From an uncultured Gemmatimonadales bacterium (lineage in GTDB: Bacteria; Gemmatimonadota; Gemmatimonadetes; Longimicrobiales; Longimicrobiaceae), in contig OY970303.1 in the NCBI GenBank assembly GCA_963716255.1, forward strand, positions 7,872,001 to 7,936,000: a stretch of 64,000 nt of DNA, read 5' to 3'. The notes under the pieces are model-generated. The model made no database searches and was not told the origin of the DNA. It saw only the letters and a program-made list of their open reading frames with translations. Numbering within the stretch: position 1 is the stretch's first letter; each line of letters starts with the position of its first letter. A program made the position numbers and the translations under genes. Positions 1 through 42,098 of this stretch are shown in pieces.

Positions 1-2
1 TG

Positions 3-12515
<12,513 letters not shown>

Positions 12516-12517
12516 AC

Positions 12518-33316
<20,799 letters not shown>

Positions 33317-33343
33317 GCGGAAGGATAGCCGGCCCCACGCCCG

Positions 33344-33501
33344 CCGCGGACGCCAGCGCGATGCCCGCGTGAGGGATTTCGGCCCGGAGGGGCGAGACCC
33401 GCGGGCAGTTTCGCGGGGCTCGACTCCGTTGGGCTGCGTTGTTTGCAGCCCTACGGAGCCGAAGCCCGACCCCGCGCCAGCGGGGGCACGCCCGAACCCG
33501 G
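33344..33501 (-). repeat. Structured intergenic element, copy 1 (~155 nt)
   Basis: Conserved core GTGAGGGATTTCGGCCC...GGGGCGAGAC...GGGCTCGACTCCGTT-[GGGCTGC gttgttt GCAGCCC]-TACGGAGCCGAAGCCCGACCCC...GGGCACGCCCG (+ reading). Strand inferred from a G.U pair and, in most copies, a CUUCGG loop. Confidence 0.9.
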
Positions 33502-33518
33502 CCGTCGCCCCGGCCGTT

Positions 33519-34127
33519 TCAAACCGGAGCCGGCCCGACGACCGCCTCCTCGACGGGCACCTCCCCGACCGGAACCGGCACCTCCTCCCTGGCGGAAACG
33601 GACTCCACCTCCTCGACGAGGGTGAGGTTGGCGCGCCCGGCCGCGTCCACCCCCAGCCCGGCGCGCGTGACCCCGCTGCGGTCCGCGAACACCAGCGTCA
33701 TGGCGCCGTCCGGCGAGTAGCCGAGCACCGCCCGCGTGCGCCCGCCGCGGTCGGCGAACACCAGGCTGGTGGTCTGGTCGGGGAGCAGCCCCAGCGCCGC
33801 GCGCGAGCTGCCGCCCGCGTCGGCCAGCGACAGGCCGCTGGAGCCGTCCGCCAGGATCCCCAGCCTGACCTGCGTCCTGCCGCTGCCGCCCCGCAGCACC
33901 AGCTCCGTGGACCCCCCGTCCCCCAGCCGCCACTCGCCGCGCACCTCGCCGGTGGGCGCGCGCAGCACGAAGCGCTCCGCCTCCACCGTCCGGGCCCGCA
34001 CCGCGGAGCGCCCCGCGCCGGCCACCACCAGCACGGCCGCGCTCAGCCCCAGCGCCAGCGCGCACCCCACCAGCGCGAACTGGCCGAGGCGCCGGAGCCG
34101 CTGGTTCTCGCGCTCCACCCTTTCCAT
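33519..34127 (-). CDS. Hypothetical membrane-anchored protein with repeated beta-strand units; start uncertain
   Basis: Coiled coil MERVERENQRLRR, a hydrophobic segment FALVGCALALGLSAAVLVV, VEAERFVLR, then ~22-aa repeats such as LVFADRGGRTRAVLG and LVFADRSGVTRAGLG. Confidence 0.7.
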   Translation of the reverse strand: MERVERENQRLRRLGQFALVGCALALGLSAAVLVVAGAGRSAVRARTVEAERFVLRAPTGEVRGEWRLGDGGSTELVLRGGSGRTQVRLGILADGSSGLSLADAGGSSRAALGLLPDQTTSLVFADRGGRTRAVLGYSPDGAMTLVFADRSGVTRAGLGVDAAGRANLTLVEEVESVSAREEVPVPVGEVPVEEAVVGPAPV

Positions 34128-34197
34128 CCGCCGGCCCAGCACCTCCTCCAGGTCGCCCAGGCGCTCCCCGGGCGGGGGGACGAGCGAGCTGTCGCTG

Positions 34198-35928
34198 GTG
34201 CGCGCCGCGCGGCCGGAGGAGAGGCGGCCGGCGCGCCGCACCGCGGAGCGGAGGGCGGGCGACGGGCTGCGGCTGGCCATGCTGGAAGCGTCGCCGCTCC
34301 CCCTGGTGGCGCTGGACCCCGCCGGCGGAGTCACGCACTGGAACACCGCCGCCGAGCGCGAGCTGGGGTGGAGCGCGGCGGAGGTGGCGGGGCGCCCGCT
34401 GCCGCTGGTGGCGCCCGCCCAGTGGGCGGACTTCCTCGCCTTCGTGGACGAAGCGCTGCGGACCGGCCGCGCCCCCCGGCTGGAGCTCCTGGGGCGCCGC
34501 GGGGACGGCGCCCCGGCCGAGGTGAGCCTCACCGGCGCCGCGTTCGCCGGGCCCGACGGCGCGCCCGCCGGCGTGGTCGCCGCCATCGTGGACGTCACCG
34601 AGCGGCGGGTGATGGACCGCGAGCGCGAGCAGCTCCTCATCCTGGAGCAGGCCGCCCGCGCCCGCGCCGAGCTGGCCGAGCGGCGGGCCACCGTGCTCGC
34701 CTACGCCAGCGAGCTGCTGCACGCGGCCTTCGACTCGGCCCCGGAAGAGCTGGGCGGGATCTTTTCCAGCCTGGCCCACCTGGCCGTCCCCACCCTGGCC
34801 GACTACTGCCGCATCGACGTGGTGCGGCCCGACGGCTCCGTGGAGCGGGCGGCGCTGGTGCACACCGGCCCCACCCGCCACGAGCCGGCCGTGCGCCTCC
34901 CGCCGGACGCGCCCTCCAGCGCCCACCCCGCGCTGCGGGCCGTGCGCACCGGCGAGCCGCTGCTCGTCCCCGAGGTGGCGCCCGCGCAGCTCCCCGAGCT
35001 CTTTTCCGGGCCCGGCGAGCTCAACTCCGTCCCCGAGCGGATGCGCTCCCTGCTCGTGGTGCCGCTGGGGGCGCGAGGGCGCACGGTGGGCGCGCTGACC
35101 ATGGCCACCGCCGGCTCGCGCCGCCGCTTCGGGCGCGACGACCTGGTGTTCGCGCTCGACCTGGCGCGGCGCATCGCCCTGGAGCTGGACAACGTGCGGC
35201 TCTTCCGCCAGGCCGAGACCTCGGCGCGGCTGCGCGACGAAGTGCTCGCCATCGTCTCGCACGACCTGCGCAACCCGCTGAGCGTGGTGAGCTTCGCCTC
35301 CGAGGCGCTGCTGCGCGCCTGGAGCGCCGAGCCCGAGCACGCGCCGGAGCGCCGGCAGCTGGAAGGGATCGCCCTGTCCGCCGAGCGGATGCGGCGGCTG
35401 ATCAACGACCTGCTGGACGTGGCGCGGGTGGACGCCGGCAGGCTGGCCGTGGACCCGGTCCCGGTCCCGGTGGGCCGCCTGGTCCTGGACGCGCTGGAGA
35501 TGTACGCCCACCTCGCCGAGGCCCGCGCCATCCTGACGCGCGTGCTCATCCCCGCCGAGTCGCCGCCCGTCCTCGCCGACCCCGACCGCGTCCTCCAGGT
35601 GCTTTCCAACCTCCTGGGGAACGCCATCCGGTTCACGCCGCGCGGCGGGGGGATCACCCTGGCCGCCGAGGTGGACGAGCGCGAGGTGCGCTTTTCCGTC
35701 GCCGACACCGGCCCGGGGATCGCGCCGGAGCACCTGCCCCACGTCTTCGACCGCTTCTGGCGCGCGCAGCGGGCGCGGCGCGGCGGAGCCGGGCTGGGGC
35801 TGGCCATCGCCCGCGGGCTGGTGGAGGCGCACGAAGGAAGGATCTGGGCCGAGAGCGTCCCGGGGGAGGGGAGCACCTTCACCTTCACCCTCCCGCGCGC
35901 CGACGTGGAGGCTGCCCCGGACGGATAA
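34198..35928 (+). CDS. PAS-GAF sensor histidine kinase; start uncertain (GTG 34198 or ATG 34279)
   Basis: PAS (LEASPLPLVALD...WNTAAERELGW), GAF, H-box VSHDLRNPL, N-box QVLSNLLGNAIRFT, G1 VADTGPGI, G2 GAGLGLAI. Confidence 0.9.
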   Translation: MRAARPEERRPARRTAERRAGDGLRLAMLEASPLPLVALDPAGGVTHWNTAAERELGWSAAEVAGRPLPLVAPAQWADFLAFVDEALRTGRAPRLELLGRRGDGAPAEVSLTGAAFAGPDGAPAGVVAAIVDVTERRVMDREREQLLILEQAARARAELAERRATVLAYASELLHAAFDSAPEELGGIFSSLAHLAVPTLADYCRIDVVRPDGSVERAALVHTGPTRHEPAVRLPPDAPSSAHPALRAVRTGEPLLVPEVAPAQLPELFSGPGELNSVPERMRSLLVVPLGARGRTVGALTMATAGSRRRFGRDDLVFALDLARRIALELDNVRLFRQAETSARLRDEVLAIVSHDLRNPLSVVSFASEALLRAWSAEPEHAPERRQLEGIALSAERMRRLINDLLDVARVDAGRLAVDPVPVPVGRLVLDALEMYAHLAEARAILTRVLIPAESPPVLADPDRVLQVLSNLLGNAIRFTPRGGGITLAAEVDEREVRFSVADTGPGIAPEHLPHVFDRFWRAQRARRGGAGLGLAIARGLVEAHEGRIWAESVPGEGSTFTFTLPRADVEAAPDG

Positions 35929-35944
35929 AGTGCTTCTTGCGGCC

Positions 35945-36122
35945 GGTTTGGGCGTGCCCCCGGCTGTCGCCGGGGTCGGGCTTCGGCTCCGTAAGCCCGC
36001 AGACAACGCGGGCTAACGGAGTCGAGCCCGCGCAAACAGCCGCGCGGTCTCGCCCCTTCGGGCCGAAATCCCTCACGCGGGCATCGCGCTGGCGTCCGCT
36101 GGGGCCCCCTCCCCCCGGCCCC
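35945..36122 (+). repeat. Structured intergenic element, copy 2 (inverted relative to copy 1)
   Basis: GGGCTTCGGCTCCGTA-[AGCCCGC agacaac GCGGGCT]-AACGGAGTCGAGCCC...CCCCTTCGGGCCGAAATCCCTCAC. Begins ~17 nt after the kinase stop. Confidence 0.9.
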
Positions 36123-36414
36123 GTACGGCGCGTTCGGCGCCCCGCCGAGCCTCGGCGGTCCCGATTCAGGCGGGTTCGGTACGAGCCGTTCCGGGACACG
36201 AGGGGGCACGCGGAGGATCCACAATCGGACCGCCTGGTAACGACACGATGCACGCCCGCCGCGGGACCGCGGTGGGCGTGCCCTGCGTATGTGGCGCGTC
36301 CGCAACGCCTTGTAGATCGCGCCCCGCGGCGGGGCGGCGGCACGCCCGGTGCAACGCATCCGCGGAAAACGCCGCCCGGCCGTCCACCCACTCCACCCGA
36401 CCAGGGCCTCCTCC

Positions 36415-38034
36415 ATGGCCACCGACGCCCTCCTCCACCTTCACCCGCACCCCTCGCATGCCCCGGTCCGCGCGCGCGGCGCCGACGAGCCGCTGGAAGC
36501 GCTGGCGCAGAGGATGGACGACCACGCCCTGATCGTGCTGGACCGGGCCGGGCGGGTGCGCGGCTGGAGCCCGGGGGCGGAGCGACTCAGCGGCTACACC
36601 CGCGACGAGGCGCTGGGGAGGCACGTGTCGGGGTTCTACCCGGCGGAGGACCTGCGCTCCGGCGCCCCCGGCCGCGAAGTGGAGGACGCGCTCTCCGGGC
36701 GGGTGGAGGTGGAGGGATGGTGGACGCGCAAGGACGGCACCCGCATGTGGGGCCGCCGGGTGCTTTCTCCGCTCCCCGGGCCGGGCGGCGAGGCCGAGGG
36801 GGTGGGAGTGGTGGTGTGCGACCTCACCGGCACCCAGGAGGCGCACCGCCGCCTGCACGAGCGCGAGGAGTGCTACCGCTCGCTCTTCGAGCACACCCCC
36901 GACGCGGTGTGCACCCTGGACGTGCACGGGCGGATCACCGGCGCCAACGCGGCGTGCGAGGCGGTCACCGGGCTGCGCGCGCGCGAGCTCCTGGGGCGCC
37001 CCTTCGAAGCCCTCGCCGAGCCCGGCGACCGCGAGCGGGTGCGGGAAGCGGCGGCGCGCTGCGCCCGCGGCGAGCCCCGGTCCACGGAGCTCGCGCTGCG
37101 CCGGCGGGGCGGGGGGCGGCTGGCGCTGGAGGCCACGCTGGTCCCCATCATCGTGGGCGGGCAGCCGGCCGGGGTGTTCGTGGTGGCGCGGGACGCCACC
37201 GGGCGCAGGCGCCGCGAAGCCGAGCAGCGCGCCGGCGAGGAGCGCTTCCGGCGGCTGGTGGAAGAGGGCTCGGCCGGCTTCTTCTACGACCTGGACGACG
37301 CCGGGCGCTTTCGCTACGTGTCGCCCGCCGCGGCCGCGGTGACCGGGTACGCCCCCGCAGACCTGGTGGGCCGCGGCTTCGCGGAAGCGCTGGACGCGGA
37401 GCCCGCGGCGGGGGGCGCCACCCCCGGCGGCGCGGGCGGCGAGGCCTTCACCGTGGCCGTGCGCACCTCCACCGGGGAATCGCGCTGGCTGGAAGTGGTG
37501 GAAAGCCGGGCCGCCGGGGAGGAGGGGGGGCGCCGGGGATTCGCGTGGGACGTGACCCGCCGGAGGGAGCTGGAACGGCATGCCCACGCGCTGGACGGGG
37601 GCTCCGCGGCGCTCCCCGACCGCGCGCTCTTCGGCGAGCGGGTGGCGCGCGCCATCCGGGTGTCCGCGCGCGACCCGGGCCGCATGCTCGCGGTGCTGGT
37701 GGTCGCCCCGGCCCCCGCCGACCCGGCCGGCGCGCACGCGGCGCCCGCCGAGGTCGCCGCCCGGCTGGAGCGCTGCCTGCGCCCCGGCGACACCGTGTGC
37801 TGGCTGGACGGCGCCGAGTTCGGGGTGCTGCTGGACGGGATCCGCGAGCCGGACGACGCCTTTCGCGTGGCCCGCCGCATCGAGGCCGCCCTGGAGGCAG
37901 AGGCGCCGCTCCCGGGCGGCGTCCGCGGGGCGGCCGTGGGGGTGGCGGTGAGCGCCGCCGGCCGCGAGACCGCGGACGAGCTGCTGCGCGGCGCCGGCGC
38001 CGCCCTGCAGGCCGCCCGCGCCCCGCGGGCGTAG
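36415..38034 (+). CDS. Multi-PAS protein with a degenerate GGDEF domain
   Basis: Three PAS-like units (DDHALIVLDRAGRVRGWSPGAERLSGY; YRSLFEHTPDAV; FRRLVEEGSAGFFY). The C-terminal LPDRALFGERV...LRPGDTVCWLDGAEFGVLL has DGAEF in place of GGDEF. Confidence 0.8.
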   Translation: MATDALLHLHPHPSHAPVRARGADEPLEALAQRMDDHALIVLDRAGRVRGWSPGAERLSGYTRDEALGRHVSGFYPAEDLRSGAPGREVEDALSGRVEVEGWWTRKDGTRMWGRRVLSPLPGPGGEAEGVGVVVCDLTGTQEAHRRLHEREECYRSLFEHTPDAVCTLDVHGRITGANAACEAVTGLRARELLGRPFEALAEPGDRERVREAAARCARGEPRSTELALRRRGGGRLALEATLVPIIVGGQPAGVFVVARDATGRRRREAEQRAGEERFRRLVEEGSAGFFYDLDDAGRFRYVSPAAAAVTGYAPADLVGRGFAEALDAEPAAGGATPGGAGGEAFTVAVRTSTGESRWLEVVESRAAGEEGGRRGFAWDVTRRRELERHAHALDGGSAALPDRALFGERVARAIRVSARDPGRMLAVLVVAPAPADPAGAHAAPAEVAARLERCLRPGDTVCWLDGAEFGVLLDGIREPDDAFRVARRIEAALEAEAPLPGGVRGAAVGVAVSAAGRETADELLRGAGAALQAARAPRA

Positions 38035-38114
38035 CCCGCCGGCACGCCCCTCGCGGTGCCCCCGGGGAGGCGCCGCCCGGGCGGCGGCGCACCGACCCTC
38101 CACCCGGGGCGCAC

Positions 38115-38981
38115 GTGCGGCCGATCCCCGTCCTCCTCAACCCGTCCGCGGGGAGCGCCGCCGCCGTCCGGCGCGCCCTGCGGGGCGACCCCCGCTTCGC
38201 GCCCCTGGACGCGCCGCCCGCGGCGCTTCCCGGGGCGCTGCTGCGCGCGGCGGCGGAGGGCGCGCCCCGCGTCGCCGTGGCCGGCGGCGACGGGAGCGTG
38301 GCGCTCGCCGCCGGCGCCGCGGTGCAGGCGGGGGTGGAGCTGGCGGTGCTCCCCGGGGGGACGCTCAACCACTTCGCCCGCCACCTGGGGATCCCGGACG
38401 CGCTCCCGGAGGCGCTGGAAGTGGCCGCGTCCGCGGGCGCGCGGCCGGTCACGGTGGGGAGCGTGGACGGGCGCGTCTTCGTCAACACCAGCTCGCTGGG
38501 CGCCTACGTGGACTTCGTCCGCGCGCGCGAGCGGCTGGAGCCGCGCGTGGGCCGCGGCGTGGCCACGCTCGCCGCGGGGGCCGAGACGCTGGCCCGCCTG
38601 CCGCGGCTGGACGTGCAGCTGGAGGTGGACGGCGGCACGCACCGCTTCGCGACGCCGCTGCTGTTCGTGGGGGTGGGAGAGCGCGCGCTGGCGCCGCTGG
38701 GGATCCAGCGGCGGGTGGAGGAGGGGTGGCCGGGGCTGCACGTGCTGGCGGTGCACACCGGCGGCGCCGCCGGGATGCTGGTGCGCGGGCTCGCCGCGGC
38801 GCGCGGCGGCGCCGAGGAGATCGAGAGTCTACCCGACGTCACCTCCTTCCTGGTGGACCGCTGCGTGGTGCGGCTCGCGGCCGGCGCCGCGGAGCTGGCC
38901 GTGGACGGCGAGATCCTTCCCGCGCGCCCCCCGCTGGAGTACCTGGCCCGCCGCGGCGCCCTGCTCGCGGTGGCGCCGTGA
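38115..38981 (+). CDS. Diacylglycerol/lipid kinase family protein (DAGK_cat, YegS/BmrU-like)
   Basis: VLLNPSAG, VAGGDGS, LPGGTLNHFARHLGIP, FVNTSSLG and VDGE motifs; GTG start. Confidence 0.85.
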   Translation: MRPIPVLLNPSAGSAAAVRRALRGDPRFAPLDAPPAALPGALLRAAAEGAPRVAVAGGDGSVALAAGAAVQAGVELAVLPGGTLNHFARHLGIPDALPEALEVAASAGARPVTVGSVDGRVFVNTSSLGAYVDFVRARERLEPRVGRGVATLAAGAETLARLPRLDVQLEVDGGTHRFATPLLFVGVGERALAPLGIQRRVEEGWPGLHVLAVHTGGAAGMLVRGLAAARGGAEEIESLPDVTSFLVDRCVVRLAAGAAELAVDGEILPARPPLEYLARRGALLAVAP

Positions 38982-39071
38982 AGCGTCCCCGGACGGGACG
39001 CTAGACCTAATCCCTCGCGGAGTTTAGCTTAGTCGTCGTTCGGCGCGGCAACTTCCCTCGGCGAGGAGCAC

Positions 39072-39611
39072 ATGGGGGCCCACACCCGTTTCCTGCAGCA
39101 CATCGAGACGGTCCACCAGGCCGGCGTCGCGGACCAGGCCGTAGAGCAGCTCTTCGAGCAGATCCGTGAGATGGCGCGCGAGCGCGACGCCGCGCTCTCC
39201 TCCATCGAGGAGTGGAAGACGCAGGCCGAGGACGCCGCCCGCCGCGCCGAGCGCGCCGCCCGGCAGATCGAGCTGTGGAAACAGCAGGTGGCCGAGCACA
39301 TCATGGACCTGGACCGGCGCCTCAAGGCGGCGGAGCAGGGGAGTGGCGTCCTCAAGCACCGCAACTGGTTCCTGGAAGGGACGCTGCGCGCCGTCTACGA
39401 GTGGTACGAGAACAACCCGCGGCAGCTCCCCGACACCCTGGCGATGCTCCTCACCGCCAGCCTCCTCCCCACCCAGACGGCGCCCTCCGGCGACCCGGAG
39501 CCGGAGCCCTCGTTCACCGCCCACCCCGGCAGCCGCCGCATCGGCCCGCCGCGGGGCGCGGCCGCCGCCGACCCCGACGGGGGTCACCGCTCCGCCCCCC
39601 CCGCGCATTGA
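39072..39611 (+). CDS. Hypothetical coiled-coil protein
   Basis: 179-aa ORF with a GAGGAG RBS, typical GC3 codon use and heptad-like helices. Confidence 0.7.
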   Translation: MGAHTRFLQHIETVHQAGVADQAVEQLFEQIREMARERDAALSSIEEWKTQAEDAARRAERAARQIELWKQQVAEHIMDLDRRLKAAEQGSGVLKHRNWFLEGTLRAVYEWYENNPRQLPDTLAMLLTASLLPTQTAPSGDPEPEPSFTAHPGSRRIGPPRGAAAADPDGGHRSAPPAH

Positions 39612-39988
39612 GCGGCCGGGGCACCGCCGCGAGCACCCTGCTGCTGCTGGCGCTCGCCGCCTGCGGGCGGGACGACGGCGGCGGGGCGCGACACGCCCGC
39701 CCCGCCGCCGCCGCGATCCCCCCGGAGGTGCGGGCACAGGTGGACAGCGGCAACGCCGCCTACCGCGGCCGCGACTTCCGGGCGGCGCTCCGCCACTTCC
39801 GCGAGGCGGCGCGCCTGGACCCCGGCCAGGCCGTGGCCTGGTACGGCGTGCAGATGGCCGCCGACGCCCTGGGCGACCGCGCCGCCGCCGACTCCGCGGG
39901 CGCCCGGCTGCGCGCCCTCGCCCCCTCCGCCCCGCCCGCCGTGCACCACCCGGCCGCGCCCGCGCCCCCGCCCGGCGCGGCGACGTAG
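39608..39988 (+). CDS. Putative TPR-containing lipoprotein
   Basis: TTG start overlapping the previous stop (TTGA). Lipobox LLLLALAAC. TPR-like GNAAYRGRDFRAALRHFREAARLDPGQAVAWYG. Confidence 0.7.
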   Translation: MSGRGTAASTLLLLALAACGRDDGGGARHARPAAAAIPPEVRAQVDSGNAAYRGRDFRAALRHFREAARLDPGQAVAWYGVQMAADALGDRAAADSAGARLRALAPSAPPAVHHPAAPAPPPGAAT

Positions 39989-40100
39989 CCGCACGGCCCG
40001 GCCGCGGCCGGCGTGCGCCTTGCTACGTAGAAAGCTGGATTGGCCCCCGGCGCCCGCGCGGGCCGCCGGGGCCGCGACCGCACCCCCATCCCACGCCGCC

Positions 40101-40745
40101 ATGGAGACGATCCCCGCATCCGCCATCAACCCATCGGCCGGGTCGTACCCGGTCACCTCCGACCCGCGGGAGCTGGAAGCCGCCCGCCGGGCGGGGAACG
40201 CTTCCGTGGCCGAGTTCCCGTACTACCTGGAGCGCTTCGGGGAGCGCGGCCGGATGTTCGGGGCAAGCGACGGCGCGTGGCTGGTGACGCTGTGCGAGTA
40301 CGGCGCCGAGCACGTGCGCGGGCAGGTGCTGTGGCTGGGGACGGTGCTCGCCTCGCGGGGAATGCCCCGCTGGCTGCTGGAGCGGCACCTGGCGGCGCTG
40401 CACGCCGAGCTGGTCCGCGCGGTCCCGGAGAACGCCGGCCGCTACGCCGTTCTCCTGGACGCCGCGGCACTGCTGCGCGGGCTGCGCCAGGCGCGCCTCG
40501 CCGACGAGGACTTCCGCGCCCTCGCCGACGGCTTCGCCGCCCGCGCGGAGCCCGCCCTGGTGCAGCGCATGCCCGCGATGGGCGCCATCCTCGCCGCCGC
40601 CGTGGCCGACGAGGCGGACGGCCTGGAGGGCGCGGTGCGGAGCGTGGAGGAGTGGGCCGCGAACCGCGCCGCCTTCCCCGAGAGCTGGACCTCCGCCGTG
40701 CGGGCCACCGTCGCGGAGGCCCGCGGGCGCATCCGCGAAGCGTGA
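40101..40745 (+). CDS. Conserved-looking hypothetical all-helical protein
   Basis: METIPASAINPSAGSYPV...FPYYLERFGERGRMF...WLGTVLASRGMP; protein-like composition. Function not recognised. Confidence 0.7.
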   Translation: METIPASAINPSAGSYPVTSDPRELEAARRAGNASVAEFPYYLERFGERGRMFGASDGAWLVTLCEYGAEHVRGQVLWLGTVLASRGMPRWLLERHLAALHAELVRAVPENAGRYAVLLDAAALLRGLRQARLADEDFRALADGFAARAEPALVQRMPAMGAILAAAVADEADGLEGAVRSVEEWAANRAAFPESWTSAVRATVAEARGRIREA

Positions 40746-40767
40746 CGCGCCGCCGGCATCGCGGCGC

Positions 40768-41490
40768 TCACCCGGCTCCCGCCGCCGGCGGCACGCCGCG
40801 GAGGTAGGCCCGCCGCAGCGGCTCGGGAAAGCGCTCGATGGCGTAGCGCAGCATGGTGCGCGGCATCTCCCGGCAGTGCTCCCGCAGGAACGCCTCCAGC
40901 GCCGCCCGGTCGCGCTTTCCCACCTCGCGCAGCATCCACCCCACCGCCTTGTGGATCAGGTCGTGCCGGTCGCGCAGGAGGAGCGCGGCCACGCGTAGCG
41001 TGTCCGCGAACTCGCCGCGCCGGATGAAGTGGAGGGTCGCAATGATGGCGATGCGCCGCTCCCACAGCGACTCCGACGCGGCGAGCCGGTCCAGCAGCGA
41101 GCGGTCGCCCCCGCGCAGGTGCGCGCCGACGATGTCCCCGGCGGAGCTGTCCACCAGGTCCCAGTTGTCGATGTGCCGCGTGTGGGCCATGTACAGCTCG
41201 AAGACGCGTCCGCGCAGCGCGTCGTCGCCCCTGCCGTAGGCGCCCACGAGGAGGAGCAGCGCGAGCAGCCGCTCCTCGTGCACCGGCGAGCGCAGCAGCT
41301 CCGCCGCGTCCTCCAGCGGAAGCGCCCGGAATTCCTTCGCCAGCCTGCGGAGGGCGGGCACGCGCACCCCGATGAACACGTCCCCCTCGCCGTACTCGCC
41401 GGGCCCGGTCCTGAAATAGCGCAGGGCACCCAGCGCATCCTGCGGACTGGCGTGCTCGCGGAGGCGGGCGCGGACGTGGTCGAGCGTCAT
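40768..41490 (-). CDS. DNA alkylation repair protein (AlkD-like)
   Basis: YFRTGPGEYGEGDVFIGVRVP, IDNWDLVD, WERRIAI, HDLIHKAVGWMLREVGKRD and MPRTMLRYAIERF, all typical of the family. Confidence 0.9.
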   Translation of the reverse strand: MTLDHVRARLREHASPQDALGALRYFRTGPGEYGEGDVFIGVRVPALRRLAKEFRALPLEDAAELLRSPVHEERLLALLLLVGAYGRGDDALRGRVFELYMAHTRHIDNWDLVDSSAGDIVGAHLRGGDRSLLDRLAASESLWERRIAIIATLHFIRRGEFADTLRVAALLLRDRHDLIHKAVGWMLREVGKRDRAALEAFLREHCREMPRTMLRYAIERFPEPLRRAYLRGVPPAAGAG

Positions 41491-41578
41491 GGGAGCGGCG
41501 TGGATCTGGATGGGTTGGAGGAACCACGGGGGCGCCGGAAGCTGCGGCGGGGAATGGGGGCTGGGCAAGGCCGGCGTC

Positions 41579-42057
41579 CCCCACCCGGCTCGCTCGAGGC
41601 TCGCCACCCGGGTCCTTCATCCGGTTCACGCGAAGCGTGAAGCGTGAAGCGCCATTCTGGGAGAGGGGGCCAACAGCGGTGCGCTTCGGCGGGCTCCGGT
41701 GTTCGGGGTCGGCCGGGGGAGGCTCCTCCGGCGGTGCGATACCCGAAGGGACTCCCCAGAGCACTCGCCCGCCGCCCGAGCGAGGGGCGAGATCACGCTG
41801 GCTTCGAACAAACGCACCGCCTTCGGACCAACCCCGTCCTCCCGGCGCAGATCCCAGGAACTGCAACGGCCCTGTCGTTGTCGTGCTCCCCCTCCCCCAG
41901 AATTGGGGGAGGGGGCCTCCCGCGTGAGGGATTTCGGCCCGAAGGGGCGAGACCGCGCGGCTGTTTGCGCGGGCTCGACTCCGTTGCAGACGGTAGTTTC
42001 GTCTGCTACGGAGCCGAAGCCCGACCCCGGCGCCAGCCGGGGACACGCCCGAACCCG
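41579..42057 (-). repeat. Long composite intergenic element, copy 3 (core 41919-42057 plus ~340-nt extension)
   Basis: Core stem GCAGACG gtagttt CGTCTGC. The extension (GCGGTGCGATACCCGAAGGGACTC...GAACAAACGCACCGC...GATCCCAGGAACTGCAACGGCC) matches the reverse complement of 45361-45677. Confidence 0.9.
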
Positions 42058-42098
42058 CCGTAGCCGTAGCCGTAGCCGTAGTTGTTGCCTTAGCCGTA

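Noticed and set aside
33369..38114. 1870-aa ORF 33369..38981 as a single gene
   Set aside because: Only the last ~290 aa (DAG kinase) are protein-like. The rest crosses repeats and other genes out of frame.
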